From an uncultured Acidobacteriota bacterium (GTDB taxonomy: Bacteria; Acidobacteriota; Vicinamibacteria; Vicinamibacterales; 2-12-FULL-66-21), in NCBI GenBank assembly GCA_963748295.1, contig CAVVIH010000008.1:244438-308437 (forward strand): a DNA stretch of 64,000 nucleotides, in the 5' to 3' direction. Shown here one piece after another: positions 20,013 through 29,170 of this stretch. How positions within the stretch are numbered: position 1 is the first letter of the stretch; every line of letters starts with the position of its first letter. Both the position numbers and the translations under genes were made by a program. The notes under the pieces are model-generated. The model saw only the letters and a program-made list of their open reading frames with translations. It was not told the origin of the DNA and did not search any database.

Positions 20013-20306
20013 ATGGCACCGACGAAGGAACTCCCCGGCGAAGCGCTCGGACTGGTTGAAACGCGCGGCCTCGTCGGCATGATCGAAGCCGCCGATGCGA
20101 TGGTCAAGGCGGCAAACGTCGTGTTCGTCGGGTGGCAGAAGGTCGACGCCGGGCTGGTGACCGCCATCGTGCGCGGCGATGTCGCCTCGGTGAAAGCGGC
20201 GACCGACGCCGGCGCCGCCGCGGCGCGGCGCGTCGGAGAGCTCGTCGGAGTACACGTGATCCCGCGTCCCGCCGACGGTCTCGACAAAATCTTCCCGATC
20301 GGCTGA
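20013..20306 (+). CDS. Bacterial microcompartment shell protein, BMC-H (Pfam00936, PduA/EutM/CcmK type)
   Basis: The 97-aa ORF reads [76 protein letters not shown], collinear with canonical BMC-H hexamer proteins. It lies 15 nt downstream of the D-TA gene on the same strand. Confidence 0.9.
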   Translation: MAPTKELPGEALGLVETRGLVGMIEAADAMVKAANVVFVGWQKVDAGLVTAIVRGDVASVKAATDAGAAAARRVGELVGVHVIPRPADGLDKIFPIG

Positions 20307-20786
20307 TCAACCCTTTCGCTTCTTGCTCTTCCGCCGCTTGCGTCCAACGTGGGTCCGGGCCGTGAGCGTCCGCATCGACGGTTCCGTCCCCACCACGAGA
20401 AGCGGCTGCGACGGGGCGCGCAGCAGGTTGTAGAACTCTCCCTGCGCGGTCCTCGCGTAGATCTCCGAGCCGTCCGTCAGCAGCGTCAGCGTGCCGGCGC
20501 CGCCAATCGCGTCGAACAGCCTGATGCCGAACCGCGTTTTCAACGTCTCGAGGAGTTGTCGGATGCGCCCGACGCTCAACCCTTGACGGCGCAGATCGGC
20601 CAGCACCATCAGCTCCAGCAGATCGACCGGCGTGTAGCGCCGCTCGGTGAATCCGCCGGCCGCCGTGCGTTTGGATGACACCGCCGACTGAAACAGGCGG
20701 CGGGCATCCCACCACTGCAGCTGGCGCGCCGTGAGGCCGGTGAGCGCGGCGACCTCGCGGGCGCTGTAGGTGTTCTTCAGTTCCAC
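20307..20786 (-). CDS. MerR-family HTH transcriptional regulator with polybasic C-terminal tail
   Basis: The N-terminal HTH is YSAREVAALTGLTARQLQWWDARRL. The C-terminus is GRKRRKSKKRKG. The gene starts 2 nt after the PCD stop. Confidence 0.8.
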   Translation of the reverse strand: MELKNTYSAREVAALTGLTARQLQWWDARRLFQSAVSSKRTAAGGFTERRYTPVDLLELMVLADLRRQGLSVGRIRQLLETLKTRFGIRLFDAIGGAGTLTLLTDGSEIYARTAQGEFYNLLRAPSQPLLVVGTEPSMRTLTARTHVGRKRRKSKKRKG

Positions 20787-20787
20787 G

Positions 20788-21084
20788 TCAGGCGGCCCCA
20801 GCCGCCTTCGCGAGCTCGGTTGCCTTCCCCGCGCCGTCGAAATCCTTGTCGGTGAGCCCGCCTGCGCTGTGGGTGCTGTAGGTCAGCGTCACGCGCTTGT
20901 AGTTCACCAGGATATCGGGATGATGGTCGGCCGCCTCCGCCTCGAATCCGAGCCGGACAATAAAGCTGACCGCGTCCGGAAACCCCTTGAACGTGAACTT
21001 CCGGCGGATTGCCGCCCCGTCGAGCTCCCAGCCGGGCAGGGCTGCCAGCCGCGCCTTCGCCTCGGTCTCGGCAATCGTTTTCAT
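20788..21084 (-). CDS. 4a-hydroxytetrahydrobiopterin dehydratase (pterin-4a-carbinolamine dehydratase, PCD)
   Basis: This 98-aa ORF matches the complete canonical motif [DE]-x3-H-H-P-x5-[YW]-x9-H-x8-D, read as E-AAD-HHP-DILVN-Y-KRVTLTYST-H-SAGGLTDK-D. Confidence 0.9.
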   Translation of the reverse strand: MKTIAETEAKARLAALPGWELDGAAIRRKFTFKGFPDAVSFIVRLGFEAEAADHHPDILVNYKRVTLTYSTHSAGGLTDKDFDGAGKATELAKAAGAA

Positions 21085-21126
21085 ATCGCAAGAATATGTC
21101 AGGCGCCCACCTTCTGCGCCTGTCTC

Positions 21127-21242
21127 GCCGAAGCCTCTGGCGGAGGCGGACCGAAAGCCACTGGCGAAGGCGGAGCCTGCCGCGCCGAAGCCACTGGCGA
21201 AGGCGGAGCCTGCCGCGCCGAAGCCACTGGCGAAGGCGGGCC
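21127..21242. repeat. 33-bp tandem repeat, about 3.5 copies
   Basis: The unit gaagccactggcgaaggcggagcctgccgcgcc is exact at 21187-21219. A near-exact copy precedes it (starting about 21153), a truncated copy follows at 21220-21242, and a degenerate leading copy lies at 21127-21152. The repeat is intergenic between PCD (-) and TetR (+). Confidence 0.8.
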
Positions 21243-21271
21243 GAACAGTGTTAGACTACTGAACACTGTTC
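21243..21271. promoter_or_regulatory. Perfect 10-bp inverted repeat, candidate TetR operator
   Basis: GAACAGTGTT (21243-21252), a 9-nt spacer, then AACACTGTTC (21262-21271). It ends 26 nt upstream of the TetR GTG start at 21297. Confidence 0.5.
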
Positions 21272-21296
21272 AATTCTGCTGTTTGCGGAGGGTTTA

Positions 21297-21950
21297 GTGG
21301 GGGTCAAGGAACGTCAGGAACGCGAGCGGGAAGCGGTCGCGCGGAGCATTCTGGATGCGGCCACGGACCTGTTCGTCGCGGAGGGGTATCACCACGTCTC
21401 GATCCGCAAGATCGCGGAGCGCATCGAATACAGTCCCGGGTCGATCTACAGCTATTTCCCGAGCAAGGACGACATCTTCTTCGCGCTCGCCGAAGAGGGC
21501 TTCCGCATCCTCTGCACTCCCGACCCGGCCTGCGCCGGGCAGGCCGATCCGCTCCAGGCGATCCGGGGCGCCTTCTGGCGGGTCTATGAGTTCAGCAAGT
21601 CGCACCCGCAGTACTACGCGCTGATGTTCGTGGACCGCAACGTCCCGAAAATCAGCCGCGACTGGCAGCGGTTCGGCTTCGTCAAGGAGATGCGCGCCCA
21701 GATCGGGATGGTGATCCAGCGCGCGGTCGAGGAAGGGATCTTCCCGCGCGACACGCACCCCGACGCGGTGTTCCGCATTCTGATCACCGCAATCCACGGC
21801 GCCGCCGTCGGCCGCCTCAGCGATCGATCGCAGCCGGGCGAGGACTCGGACGCCCTCGCGCGCGACACGCTCGAGGCCGCCCTGACCGGGCTGCGCACAG
21901 GTTTTTCGAGGACGTTTCATCCCGTGCCCTGCACACAGGTCGAGGACTAG
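21297..21950 (+). CDS. TetR/AcrR-family transcriptional regulator
   Basis: A 217-aa ORF with a GTG start. The N-terminal HTH is ILDAATDLFVAEGYHHVSIRKIAERIEYSPGSIYSYFPSKDDIF. Confidence 0.85.
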   Translation: MGVKERQEREREAVARSILDAATDLFVAEGYHHVSIRKIAERIEYSPGSIYSYFPSKDDIFFALAEEGFRILCTPDPACAGQADPLQAIRGAFWRVYEFSKSHPQYYALMFVDRNVPKISRDWQRFGFVKEMRAQIGMVIQRAVEEGIFPRDTHPDAVFRILITAIHGAAVGRLSDRSQPGEDSDALARDTLEAALTGLRTGFSRTFHPVPCTQVED

Positions 21951-21974
21951 TTGGCATCAGTGAGGTCGTTTCAT

Positions 21975-23195
21975 ATGAATCGCGTTCGGACTCATCTTCT
22001 GGCCGCGGCCGCGATCGGCATCGCGGCGATTGGCACCGCGGCGTGTTCCACTCAGGCGAAGGGCTCCGCGGATCCCGCGGCGTCGGCGCCGGAACCGCTC
22101 GCCATCACGACGGCCGTCGTCGAATCGCGGCCGCTCGATCGCTTTCTGCAGGTGACCGGCTCGCTGACCGCCGACGAACAGGCGGAAGTCAGCGCCGAAA
22201 CCGCCGGCCGCGTCGTCGCGACGCCGGTCGAGCGCGGCACCAGGGTCACCGAAGGAACGCTGCTCGTTCGCATCTCGGCATCGGAAACCTCGGCGCAGCT
22301 CGAGGAGGCCGAGGCGAATGCGGCGCAGATCGAAGCGCGGCTCGGGCTCGCGCCGGGAGCGCCATTCAACCCCGACGCGGTTCCCGATGTGATGAACGCC
22401 AAGGCGAACCTTCAGCTCGCCGAGGCGGAGTTCAACCGCATCAAGTCGCTGCTCGACCAGAAGGTCGTCTCGCAAAGCGAGTACGACCAGCGGCTCACGC
22501 AGGTCGAAGCGGCGCGCCAGCAGCACCAGGCGGCGCGGAACGCGGCCGAACAGTCGTACCGCTCGCTGCAGGCGGCGCGCGCGCGGATCACGCTGGCCAA
22601 GAAATCCGTCGCCGACACGCTCGTGCGGGCGCCGTTCGCGGGCGTCGTCGCGGAGCGGCTGGTGAGCGCCGGCGACTACGTCTCGCGCGGCACGAAAGTC
22701 GCCACCGTCGTCCGGGTGGATCCGCTTCGCGTCGAGCTGACGATTCCCGAGCAGTCCGTTTCCCTCGTCAAGATGGGACAGCTCGTTCGACTGAGCGTCG
22801 ACGCGTATCCCGGCAAGGAGTTCACGGCGACGATCCGATTCGTTTCGCCGTCGCTGCGATCCGATCAGCGTGCGCTGACCGTCGAAGCGGTCACCGCGAA
22901 CCCGGATGGGCTGCTGAAGCCGGGACTTTTCGCAACCGCGCTCATCAAGCAGACGATCTCGGCGCCCGGCCTGCTGGTGCCTGCCACGGCGGTTGAAACC
23001 GTCGCCGGGACCTCGCGGGTGTTCGTCGTCAAGAACGACCGCATCGAGGAACGCATCGTGACGCTTGGCGAGAAGGTCGATTCACTCGTCGAGCTGACCA
23101 GCGGCGTCGCCGTCGACGAGGTCGTCGCCGCCGATCCGAGAGGCCGCCTGGTCGACGGGCGCGTGGTCAAGTCAGAAGTACGAAGTCAGAAGTAA
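21975..23195 (+). CDS. Efflux RND transporter periplasmic adaptor subunit (MFP)
   Basis: ATG at 21975 within ORF 21951..23195 gives [24 protein letters not shown], which is lipoprotein-like. The protein has coiled-coil, lipoyl and beta-barrel segments typical of HlyD/AcrA-like adaptors. Confidence 0.85.
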   Translation: MNRVRTHLLAAAAIGIAAIGTAACSTQAKGSADPAASAPEPLAITTAVVESRPLDRFLQVTGSLTADEQAEVSAETAGRVVATPVERGTRVTEGTLLVRISASETSAQLEEAEANAAQIEARLGLAPGAPFNPDAVPDVMNAKANLQLAEAEFNRIKSLLDQKVVSQSEYDQRLTQVEAARQQHQAARNAAEQSYRSLQAARARITLAKKSVADTLVRAPFAGVVAERLVSAGDYVSRGTKVATVVRVDPLRVELTIPEQSVSLVKMGQLVRLSVDAYPGKEFTATIRFVSPSLRSDQRALTVEAVTANPDGLLKPGLFATALIKQTISAPGLLVPATAVETVAGTSRVFVVKNDRIEERIVTLGEKVDSLVELTSGVAVDEVVAADPRGRLVDGRVVKSEVRSQK

Positions 23196-23215
23196 GAAGT
23201 AACGGAAAAAACGTC

Positions 23216-26200
23216 ATGCAATGGCTCGCTTCCATATCCGTCCGTCGTCCGGTTTTCGCGACGGTCATCACGCTGTCCCTCACGGTCATCGGCGCGTTCG
23301 CGTTCTCGCGGCTCGGCCTCGACCGCTTTCCGAAGGTGGACTTCCCCACCGTCGTCGTTACCACGGTCCTTCCGGGCGCGGCGCCTGAAGAGATCGAAAC
23401 CGAGGTCACCGACAAGATCGAGGAAGCCGTCAACACCATCAGCGGGATCGACGAGCTGCGATCGAATTCGTCGGAAGGTGTCTCCCAGGTCATCATCTCG
23501 TTCCTGCTCGAGAAGGACGGCGACATCGCGGCGCAGGAAGTTCGCGATCGTGTGAATCGCGTGCTGCCGCTGCTGCCGCGGACGATCGAACAGCCCCAAG
23601 TGGAGAGGTTCGACCCGGATTCCGCTCCGGTGCTGACGCTGGCGGTCTCGGCCGACAAGCCGGTACGCGACATCACCGAGTACGCGGACAAGACGCTTCG
23701 GCGTCAGCTCGAGAGCGTCAGCGGCGTCGGCCAGGTGGTGGTCGTCGGCGGCCGCTCCCGCCAGATCAACATCGACCTCGATGCGGCGCGCCTTCGTGCG
23801 TACAACCTCACGGTGACCGACGTCACGCGCGCGCTGCAGACGCAGAACTCGGAGATTCCGGGCGGACGCGTCGAGCAGGGCGGCACGTCGATGACGCTGC
23901 GCACGCGCGGACGCGTCGAGTCGGTCGCCGCGTTCGGCGACATCGTCGTCGAGGCGCGCCAAGGGCATCCGATTCTCCTCAAGGACGTCGCGCGCATCGA
24001 AGACGGCATGGCCCGGCCGGAGCGAAGCGCCAACCTGAATGGCGAGCCGACGGTGCTGCTCACCGTCCGCCGGCAGTCGGGTACGAACACCGTGCAGGTG
24101 GTGGACTCAGTCAAGGAGCGGCTCGCCGACGTCGCGCCGCTGGCGCCGCCAGGCTACGAGATTCGCGTCGTCCGCGATCTCTCCGAGTTCATCAAGGCGT
24201 CGATCGAGAGCGTCGAAGAGCATCTCATCGTCGGCTCGATCCTCGCGTCGGTCGTGGTTTTCGTGTTCCTCTGGAACTTCCGCTCGACCATCATCGCGGC
24301 GATCGCAATCCCGACGTCGATCATCGCGACGTTCGGCCTCATCTGGTACCAGGGCTTCACGCTCAACTCGATGACCATGCTCGCGCTGACGCTGGCGGTC
24401 GGCATCGTCATCGACGACGCCATCGTCGTGCTGGAGAACATCTACCGGTTCGTCGAGGAAAAAGGACAGACGCCGGCGCAGGCGGCGATCGAGGCGACGC
24501 GCGAAATCGGCCTCGCGGTCATGGCGACGACGCTGTCGCTCGTGGCGATCTTCGTGCCGGTCGGCTTCATGGGAGGGATCGTCGGACGGTTCATGACGAG
24601 CTTCGGCTTCACGATGTCGTTTGCGATTCTGGTGTCGCTCCTCGTCAGCTTCACGCTGACGCCGATGCTGTGCTCGAAGTGGATCAAACCGAGGTCCGCT
24701 GAGGGCAACAACAAGCATTCGTCGAGGGAATCCCGGCTCTTCAGCGCAATGGATTCCGGCTACACGGCAATCCTGCGGTGGGCGCTCGGGCACCGGCTGA
24801 TCATGGCCGGCGTTGCCGCGCTCGTGCTGCTCAGCAGCGTTCCGCTGTTCATGCTGGCGAACAAGAACTTCCTGCCGAACGACGACCAGTCGGAGTTCGA
24901 GATCGGGCTGCGGGCGCCTGAAGGCACGAGCCTCGAGGCGACCGAGATCATTTCGAACCGCATCGCGAGCCGTGTCCAGCAGCTCGACGGGGTGGAATAC
25001 ACACTCGTCAGCGTCGCCGACGATCCCGCGAAGACCCAGAACATCGGGACGATTTACGTTCGCCTGAAGCCGGTGGAGAGCCGCAGCAAGGATCAATTCG
25101 AGCTGATGAACGAAGTTCGGACCGAAATCCTGTCGAAGACTGAGCTCGAGAACCTGCGGACCGGCGTGCGGGCGGTCGCCACGATCGGCGGCGGCGGCAA
25201 CCAGAACTCCGAGATTCAGTTCACGATCAGCGGTCCGGACCTCCGGCTGCTGGAGCAGTATGCGAACAACGTGATCGCCGAGGCGCGCAAGGAGCCTGGC
25301 GTCGTGGACCTCGACACGTCGCTCAACGTCGGCAAGCCGGAGCTGTCGGTGCACATCGATCGTCTCAAGGCGGCCGATCTGGGGGTGAAGGTTTCGGATG
25401 CCGCGGATGCGCTGCGCCTGCTCGTCGGCGGCGATCAGGTGACGACCTACAACGAGGCTGGCGAGCAGTACGAAGTGCACGTCCGCGCGCTCGAGGGAGA
25501 CCGGCGGACTGCGGAAGCGATCCGCCAGCTCACCGTGCCGTCGACCAGGCTTGGGAGCGTACCGCTCGAGAACCTCGCCAGCATGACGCGCGGGACCGCG
25601 CCATCGGAGATCAACCGGCTGAACCGCCAGCGGCAGGTCACCGTGTTCGCCGGTCTGCTGCAGGGCTTCTCGCAGGTGCCGGCGATGGACGCCATGCAGC
25701 GGGCGGCCGACAATCTCGGGATGGGTCCGGGATACTCGACCCGGTTCGCCGGACGGTCACGCGAGCTCGGCCGTGCCGCGGCGAACTTCCTGATCGCCTT
25801 CGGCTTGTCGCTCGTATTCATGTACTTGATCCTGGCTGCGCAGTTCGAATCGTGGATACATCCGATCACGATCCTGCTGTCGCTGCCGCTGACATTGCCG
25901 TTCGCGCTGCTGTCCATCATCATCACCGGACAGTCGCTGAACATCTTTTCCGCACTGGGGTTGCTCGTGTTGTTTGGAGTTGTGAAGAAGAACTCGATTC
26001 TGCAGATCGATCATGCGAATCAGCTTCGGGAGCAAGGGATGGAACGAGATGCCGCAATTCTACAGGCCAGCCGCGATCGGCTCCGGCCAATCCTCATGAC
26101 CACGCTCGCGTTCGTCGCCGGGATGGTGCCGCTCGTGCTGTCGAGCGGCGTCGGATCGGCAACCAACCGCGCGATCGGGTTCGTCATCATCGGCGGCCAG

Positions 26201-27916
26201 TCGCTGGTGCTGCTGCTGACGCTGGTCGCCACGCCGGTCGCCTACTCGCTGCTGGATCAAGCGTCGAAGGTCCGCTTCTGGAGATGGACCCGTTCCCGCC
26301 GGACCGCGGCGGCAACCGCCGCGCTTCTGGCGCTGGTGATCCCGGTCGCGACGGCGAACGCGCAGACGGCAACGGCGCCGGCGGCGCCGCAGCGGCCAGT
26401 TCCGGTCGCTCAGGCGCCTGGCGATCAGGTGGTCCGCATCACGCGTGACGATGCGATCCGGCTGGCAATGGAGAACAATCCGGATCTCGCGGTGAGCCGC
26501 TACGATCCGGCCATCAGTCAGGCGCAGCTCGCCGCCGCACGCGGCGTCTACATGCCGGTCGTGGAGACCTCCGTGCAGCGCAACAGTCAGCTGCAGCCGC
26601 CGACGAATCTCTTCGCCGGAACCGAGGGGCTACAGACCGACATCTGGTCGTCGACTGTCGCGCTCAATCAGCTGATGCCGTGGGGCGGCGGACAATACTC
26701 GGTCGGCTGGGACTCGTCTCGGACCACGACCGACAGCCTGATCTCGAGCTTCGATCCATCCTTGAACTCGCGGCTGTCGCTGGCGTTTTCTCAGCCGCTG
26801 CTGCGCAGTTTCAAAATCGACCCGGCGCGGGCACAGGTCGAGCTCTCGACGCGCAACGTCGAAATCGCCGATACGCGTCTGCGCGAGTCGCAGGTGACGA
26901 CCGGCGCGAGCGCGGAGCAGGGCTACTGGGCCTACGTCGCGGCGCTCGCGCTGCTCGACGTGCAGCAGCGGTCGCTCGATCTGGCGCTCGAGCTCGAGCG
27001 CACGAACCGCGCGCGGGTGGACGTCGGTCAGGCGCCGCCGCTCGACCTGGTCGCGGCGCGCGCCGAAGTGGCGCAGCGCCGCGAGAACCTGATCATCGCG
27101 CGCACCGCCGCCCGTCAGGCCGAGGACAATCTGCGAACGGTCATCTTCGACCCGTCACGCGCCGATTACTGGAACCTCCGGCTCGAACCGGCGGATCGTG
27201 TGCCGGCGGTCAGCCAGGCGCCCGACGTCGATGCTGCCGTGCGGCGCGCGCTCGCCGAGCGGACCGATCTGATTCGCGCGCGCAAGGAGATCCAGAACAC
27301 CGAAACGAACATCACGCTGTCGAAGAACGAGACGCTTCCTGACCTGCGGCTGCAGGCCAATTACCTGACCGACGCCGCCGGCGGCACGCGGCTGCTTCGC
27401 GAGGGCGGCTTCCCTGGAACGATCGTGGGCCAGCAGGTCACCGGCTTCGGCAGCACGCTCGGTCAGCTGCTGAGCGCCGACTTTCCGACCTGGACGCTGG
27501 GGGTGACGTTCAGCTATCCGCTCGGCAACAGCACCGCGGAAGCGAATCTCGCCCGCGCGCGGCTCGAACGCGATCAGGCGAACGCGCGGCTGAAGACGCT
27601 GGAGGTGGGCACCGTGCGTGAAGTGCGCCAGGCCGCGTGGCGCCTCGAGCAGAACCAGCAGCGCATCGAAACGACGCAGCTCGCCCGCGAGCTCGCCGAG
27701 CAGCGGCTCGACGCGGAGCAGAAGCGGTTCGAGGTCGGCATGTCGACGAGCTTCCTCGTGATCCAGGCGCAGCGCGATCTCGCCGTCGCCCGCAACCAGG
27801 AGCTGCTGGCGCTGCTCGACACGCAGTTGTCGGTCGTCAATTTCGAGACCGTGCAGCAGGTGTCCGGGGTCGGCCCGATCCTCGGCGGCGCGCCGGTCGG
27901 CGTCGTGCTGCGGTAA
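23216..27916 (+). CDS. RND efflux permease (AcrB-like, about aa 1-1022) read through into a TolC-like outer membrane factor (about aa 1024-1566), one ORF as sequenced
   Basis: The 1566-aa ORF begins as a typical 12-TM RND permease ([20 protein letters not shown]...). After ...[14 protein letters not shown] it continues as an OMF with its own signal-like segment [23 protein letters not shown] and paired TolC repeats. The junction at 26279-26290 looks like an ATGA stop/start overlap with one extra G (see findings). Confidence 0.85.
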   Translation: MQWLASISVRRPVFATVITLSLTVIGAFAFSRLGLDRFPKVDFPTVVVTTVLPGAAPEEIETEVTDKIEEAVNTISGIDELRSNSSEGVSQVIISFLLEKDGDIAAQEVRDRVNRVLPLLPRTIEQPQVERFDPDSAPVLTLAVSADKPVRDITEYADKTLRRQLESVSGVGQVVVVGGRSRQINIDLDAARLRAYNLTVTDVTRALQTQNSEIPGGRVEQGGTSMTLRTRGRVESVAAFGDIVVEARQGHPILLKDVARIEDGMARPERSANLNGEPTVLLTVRRQSGTNTVQVVDSVKERLADVAPLAPPGYEIRVVRDLSEFIKASIESVEEHLIVGSILASVVVFVFLWNFRSTIIAAIAIPTSIIATFGLIWYQGFTLNSMTMLALTLAVGIVIDDAIVVLENIYRFVEEKGQTPAQAAIEATREIGLAVMATTLSLVAIFVPVGFMGGIVGRFMTSFGFTMSFAILVSLLVSFTLTPMLCSKWIKPRSAEGNNKHSSRESRLFSAMDSGYTAILRWALGHRLIMAGVAALVLLSSVPLFMLANKNFLPNDDQSEFEIGLRAPEGTSLEATEIISNRIASRVQQLDGVEYTLVSVADDPAKTQNIGTIYVRLKPVESRSKDQFELMNEVRTEILSKTELENLRTGVRAVATIGGGGNQNSEIQFTISGPDLRLLEQYANNVIAEARKEPGVVDLDTSLNVGKPELSVHIDRLKAADLGVKVSDAADALRLLVGGDQVTTYNEAGEQYEVHVRALEGDRRTAEAIRQLTVPSTRLGSVPLENLASMTRGTAPSEINRLNRQRQVTVFAGLLQGFSQVPAMDAMQRAADNLGMGPGYSTRFAGRSRELGRAAANFLIAFGLSLVFMYLILAAQFESWIHPITILLSLPLTLPFALLSIIITGQSLNIFSALGLLVLFGVVKKNSILQIDHANQLREQGMERDAAILQASRDRLRPILMTTLAFVAGMVPLVLSSGVGSATNRAIGFVIIGGQSLVLLLTLVATPVAYSLLDQASKVRFWRWTRSRRTAAATAALLALVIPVATANAQTATAPAAPQRPVPVAQAPGDQVVRITRDDAIRLAMENNPDLAVSRYDPAISQAQLAAARGVYMPVVETSVQRNSQLQPPTNLFAGTEGLQTDIWSSTVALNQLMPWGGGQYSVGWDSSRTTTDSLISSFDPSLNSRLSLAFSQPLLRSFKIDPARAQVELSTRNVEIADTRLRESQVTTGASAEQGYWAYVAALALLDVQQRSLDLALELERTNRARVDVGQAPPLDLVAARAEVAQRRENLIIARTAARQAEDNLRTVIFDPSRADYWNLRLEPADRVPAVSQAPDVDAAVRRALAERTDLIRARKEIQNTETNITLSKNETLPDLRLQANYLTDAAGGTRLLREGGFPGTIVGQQVTGFGSTLGQLLSADFPTWTLGVTFSYPLGNSTAEANLARARLERDQANARLKTLEVGTVREVRQAAWRLEQNQQRIETTQLARELAEQRLDAEQKRFEVGMSTSFLVIQAQRDLAVARNQELLALLDTQLSVVNFETVQQVSGVGPILGGAPVGVVLR

Positions 27917-29065
27917 GGGTGACGGGCAGGCCTTAAGGCCTGCCTCGTTGTCCGTCCATTCGAATCGCGTGGGGTGGAACGGCTTCGACGCCGCGCCCCA
28001 CGCTCCGTCCAGCACTCCCTCGGCGACCATAGCGGCCGTGATTGGCGCCAGCAGAATGCCATTGCGGTAATGCCCGGTCGCGAACACGACACCCGGCAGC
28101 CGCTCCGAGGGCCCGATGATCGGCAGGCCGTCCGATGACGCCGGGCGAAGCCCGACCCGCGCTTCGCGAAACGTCGACCGCCAGGCGCCGGGAAGCAAGC
28201 CACAGAGCGCATCCAGCAGATCCCGCACACCGGCCGCTGTCGTACGCTCGTCGAATCCGACGTCCTCGACGGTGGCGCCCACGAGGACACTGCCGTTCTC
28301 CCAGGGAACGACGTAGCAGTCGGCACCCCAGATGATCCGCTGCGGCGGCACACCATCCCACTCGATCCGCAGCAGCTGTCCTCGTATCGGCCGGACGGCC
28401 TGCGCCGCGGGCTCGTCGAGTCCCAGCTGCGACAACCAGCTGCCGGCGGCAACGACGACGCGGTCGGCGGTCCACGTCATCCCGTCCTCTGAAACCACCT
28501 CGAGCCTGGATGCGCGTTCGCGGATTCCAACGATGCGGCGCCCGGTCTCGATGTCCGCGCCGTGACGCAGGGCACTCCACGTGAGCGCTTCCGCAAGCTG
28601 CGAAGCCCCAACGTAGCCGTGCGAGCGGATCAGCAGCGCGCCCTGTGTGTCGGTTGGCAACGTCGGCTCGACATCGGGAACGTCCGAGGGTTCGATCCAC
28701 GCGAGCGATGCCTCGTCGGGCAGAAGTCCGGCAGCCGCCTGGAGTCGCGCGGCTTCGTCGCCATCGAGGGCAACTTCAAGAGTGCCGCAGCGCCGGTATT
28801 CGACGCCGACGCCCGCATCCTGCCGCACGCCGGCGATGAATTCATCGAACAAGGCGAGACTGCGGACGGCGAGATCGAGCAATGGGCCGGGCCGCGGCGC
28901 TTCGATGTAGGGCGCCAGGACGCCCGCGGACGCCTGCGTCGCGCCCGCGCCAACACTACGGGCATCGAAGATGCGCACGCGCGCACCGCGCCGCGCGAGC
29001 TGGTGTGCGATTGAGCAGCCGATGATGCCGGCACCCACGATGATGACGTCGGCCGCGTCGCTCAT
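27155..29065 (-). CDS. thiO: Glycine-oxidase (ThiO)-like FAD-dependent oxidoreductase; homology ends near 27940, and the remaining roughly 260 codons are an improbable extension
   Basis: The N-terminus is [27 protein letters not shown] and a ThiO-like [11 protein letters not shown] lies near aa 330. Recognisable sequence ends about aa 370-375 (...[10 protein letters not shown]). The open frame then crosses the hairpin at 27924-27945 and runs 760 nt antisense through the OMF coding region. Confidence 0.7.
   Translation of the reverse strand: MSDAADVIIVGAGIIGCSIAHQLARRGARVRIFDARSVGAGATQASAGVLAPYIEAPRPGPLLDLAVRSLALFDEFIAGVRQDAGVGVEYRRCGTLEVALDGDEAARLQAAAGLLPDEASLAWIEPSDVPDVEPTLPTDTQGALLIRSHGYVGASQLAEALTWSALRHGADIETGRRIVGIRERASRLEVVSEDGMTWTADRVVVAAGSWLSQLGLDEPAAQAVRPIRGQLLRIEWDGVPPQRIIWGADCYVVPWENGSVLVGATVEDVGFDERTTAAGVRDLLDALCGLLPGAWRSTFREARVGLRPASSDGLPIIGPSERLPGVVFATGHYRNGILLAPITAAMVAEGVLDGAWGAASKPFHPTRFEWTDNEAGLKACPSPLPQHDADRRAAEDRADPGHLLHGLEIDDRQLRVEQRQQLLVAGDGEIALRLDHEEARRHADLEPLLLRVEPLLGELAGELRRFDALLVLLEAPRGLAHFTHGAHLQRLQPRVRLIAFEPRAGEIRFRGAVAERIAERHPQRPGRKVGAQQLTERAAEAGDLLAHDRSREAALAKQPRAAGGVGQVIGLQPQVRKRLVLRQRDVRFGVLDLLARANQIGPLGERAPHGSIDVGRLADRRHTIRRFEPEVPVIGA
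27924..27945. terminator. GC-rich hairpin between convergent genes (candidate bidirectional terminator)
   Basis: GGGCAGGCC-TTAA-GGCCTGCCT gives an 8-9 bp stem. It lies 8 nt after the OMF TAA (27914-27916), at the expected 3' end of the ThiO-like gene. No clear U-tract follows. Confidence 0.45.
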
Positions 29066-29108
29066 CCCGGGATCATATCAACGCGCGTCGATCAGGCCCC
29101 GCTTACGC

Positions 29109-29129
29109 GGGATTTGGGATTTGGGATTT
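29109..29129. repeat. GGGATTT heptamer x3
   Basis: Read directly as gggattt gggattt gggattt. It is intergenic, between the ThiO-like start (29065) and the M14 stop (29171). Confidence 0.8.
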
Positions 29130-29134
29130 GAGTT

Positions 29135-29166
29135 GGGCGCGGCCGCAAAGATCAACGGCCGCGCCC
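29135..29166. terminator. Perfect 11-bp GC hairpin downstream of the M14 peptidase gene
   Basis: GGGCGCGGCCG (29135-29145), a 10-nt loop, then CGGCCGCGCCC (29156-29166). It lies 5 nt beyond the minus-strand stop at 29171-29173. Confidence 0.5.
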
Positions 29167-29170
29167 GCCC

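Noticed and set aside
21127-21242. Possible CRISPR array, suggested by regularly repeated 33-bp units.
   Set aside because: The units are directly adjacent with no unique spacers, and no cas genes are present. It is a plain tandem repeat.
23216-27916. A genuine covalent RND permease-OMF fusion protein as a novel efflux architecture.
   Set aside because: It is not excluded, but I have downgraded it. The junction is exactly one extra G away from a standard ATGA overlap, the OMF part keeps an intact signal peptide, and the window is full of single-base run-length errors.
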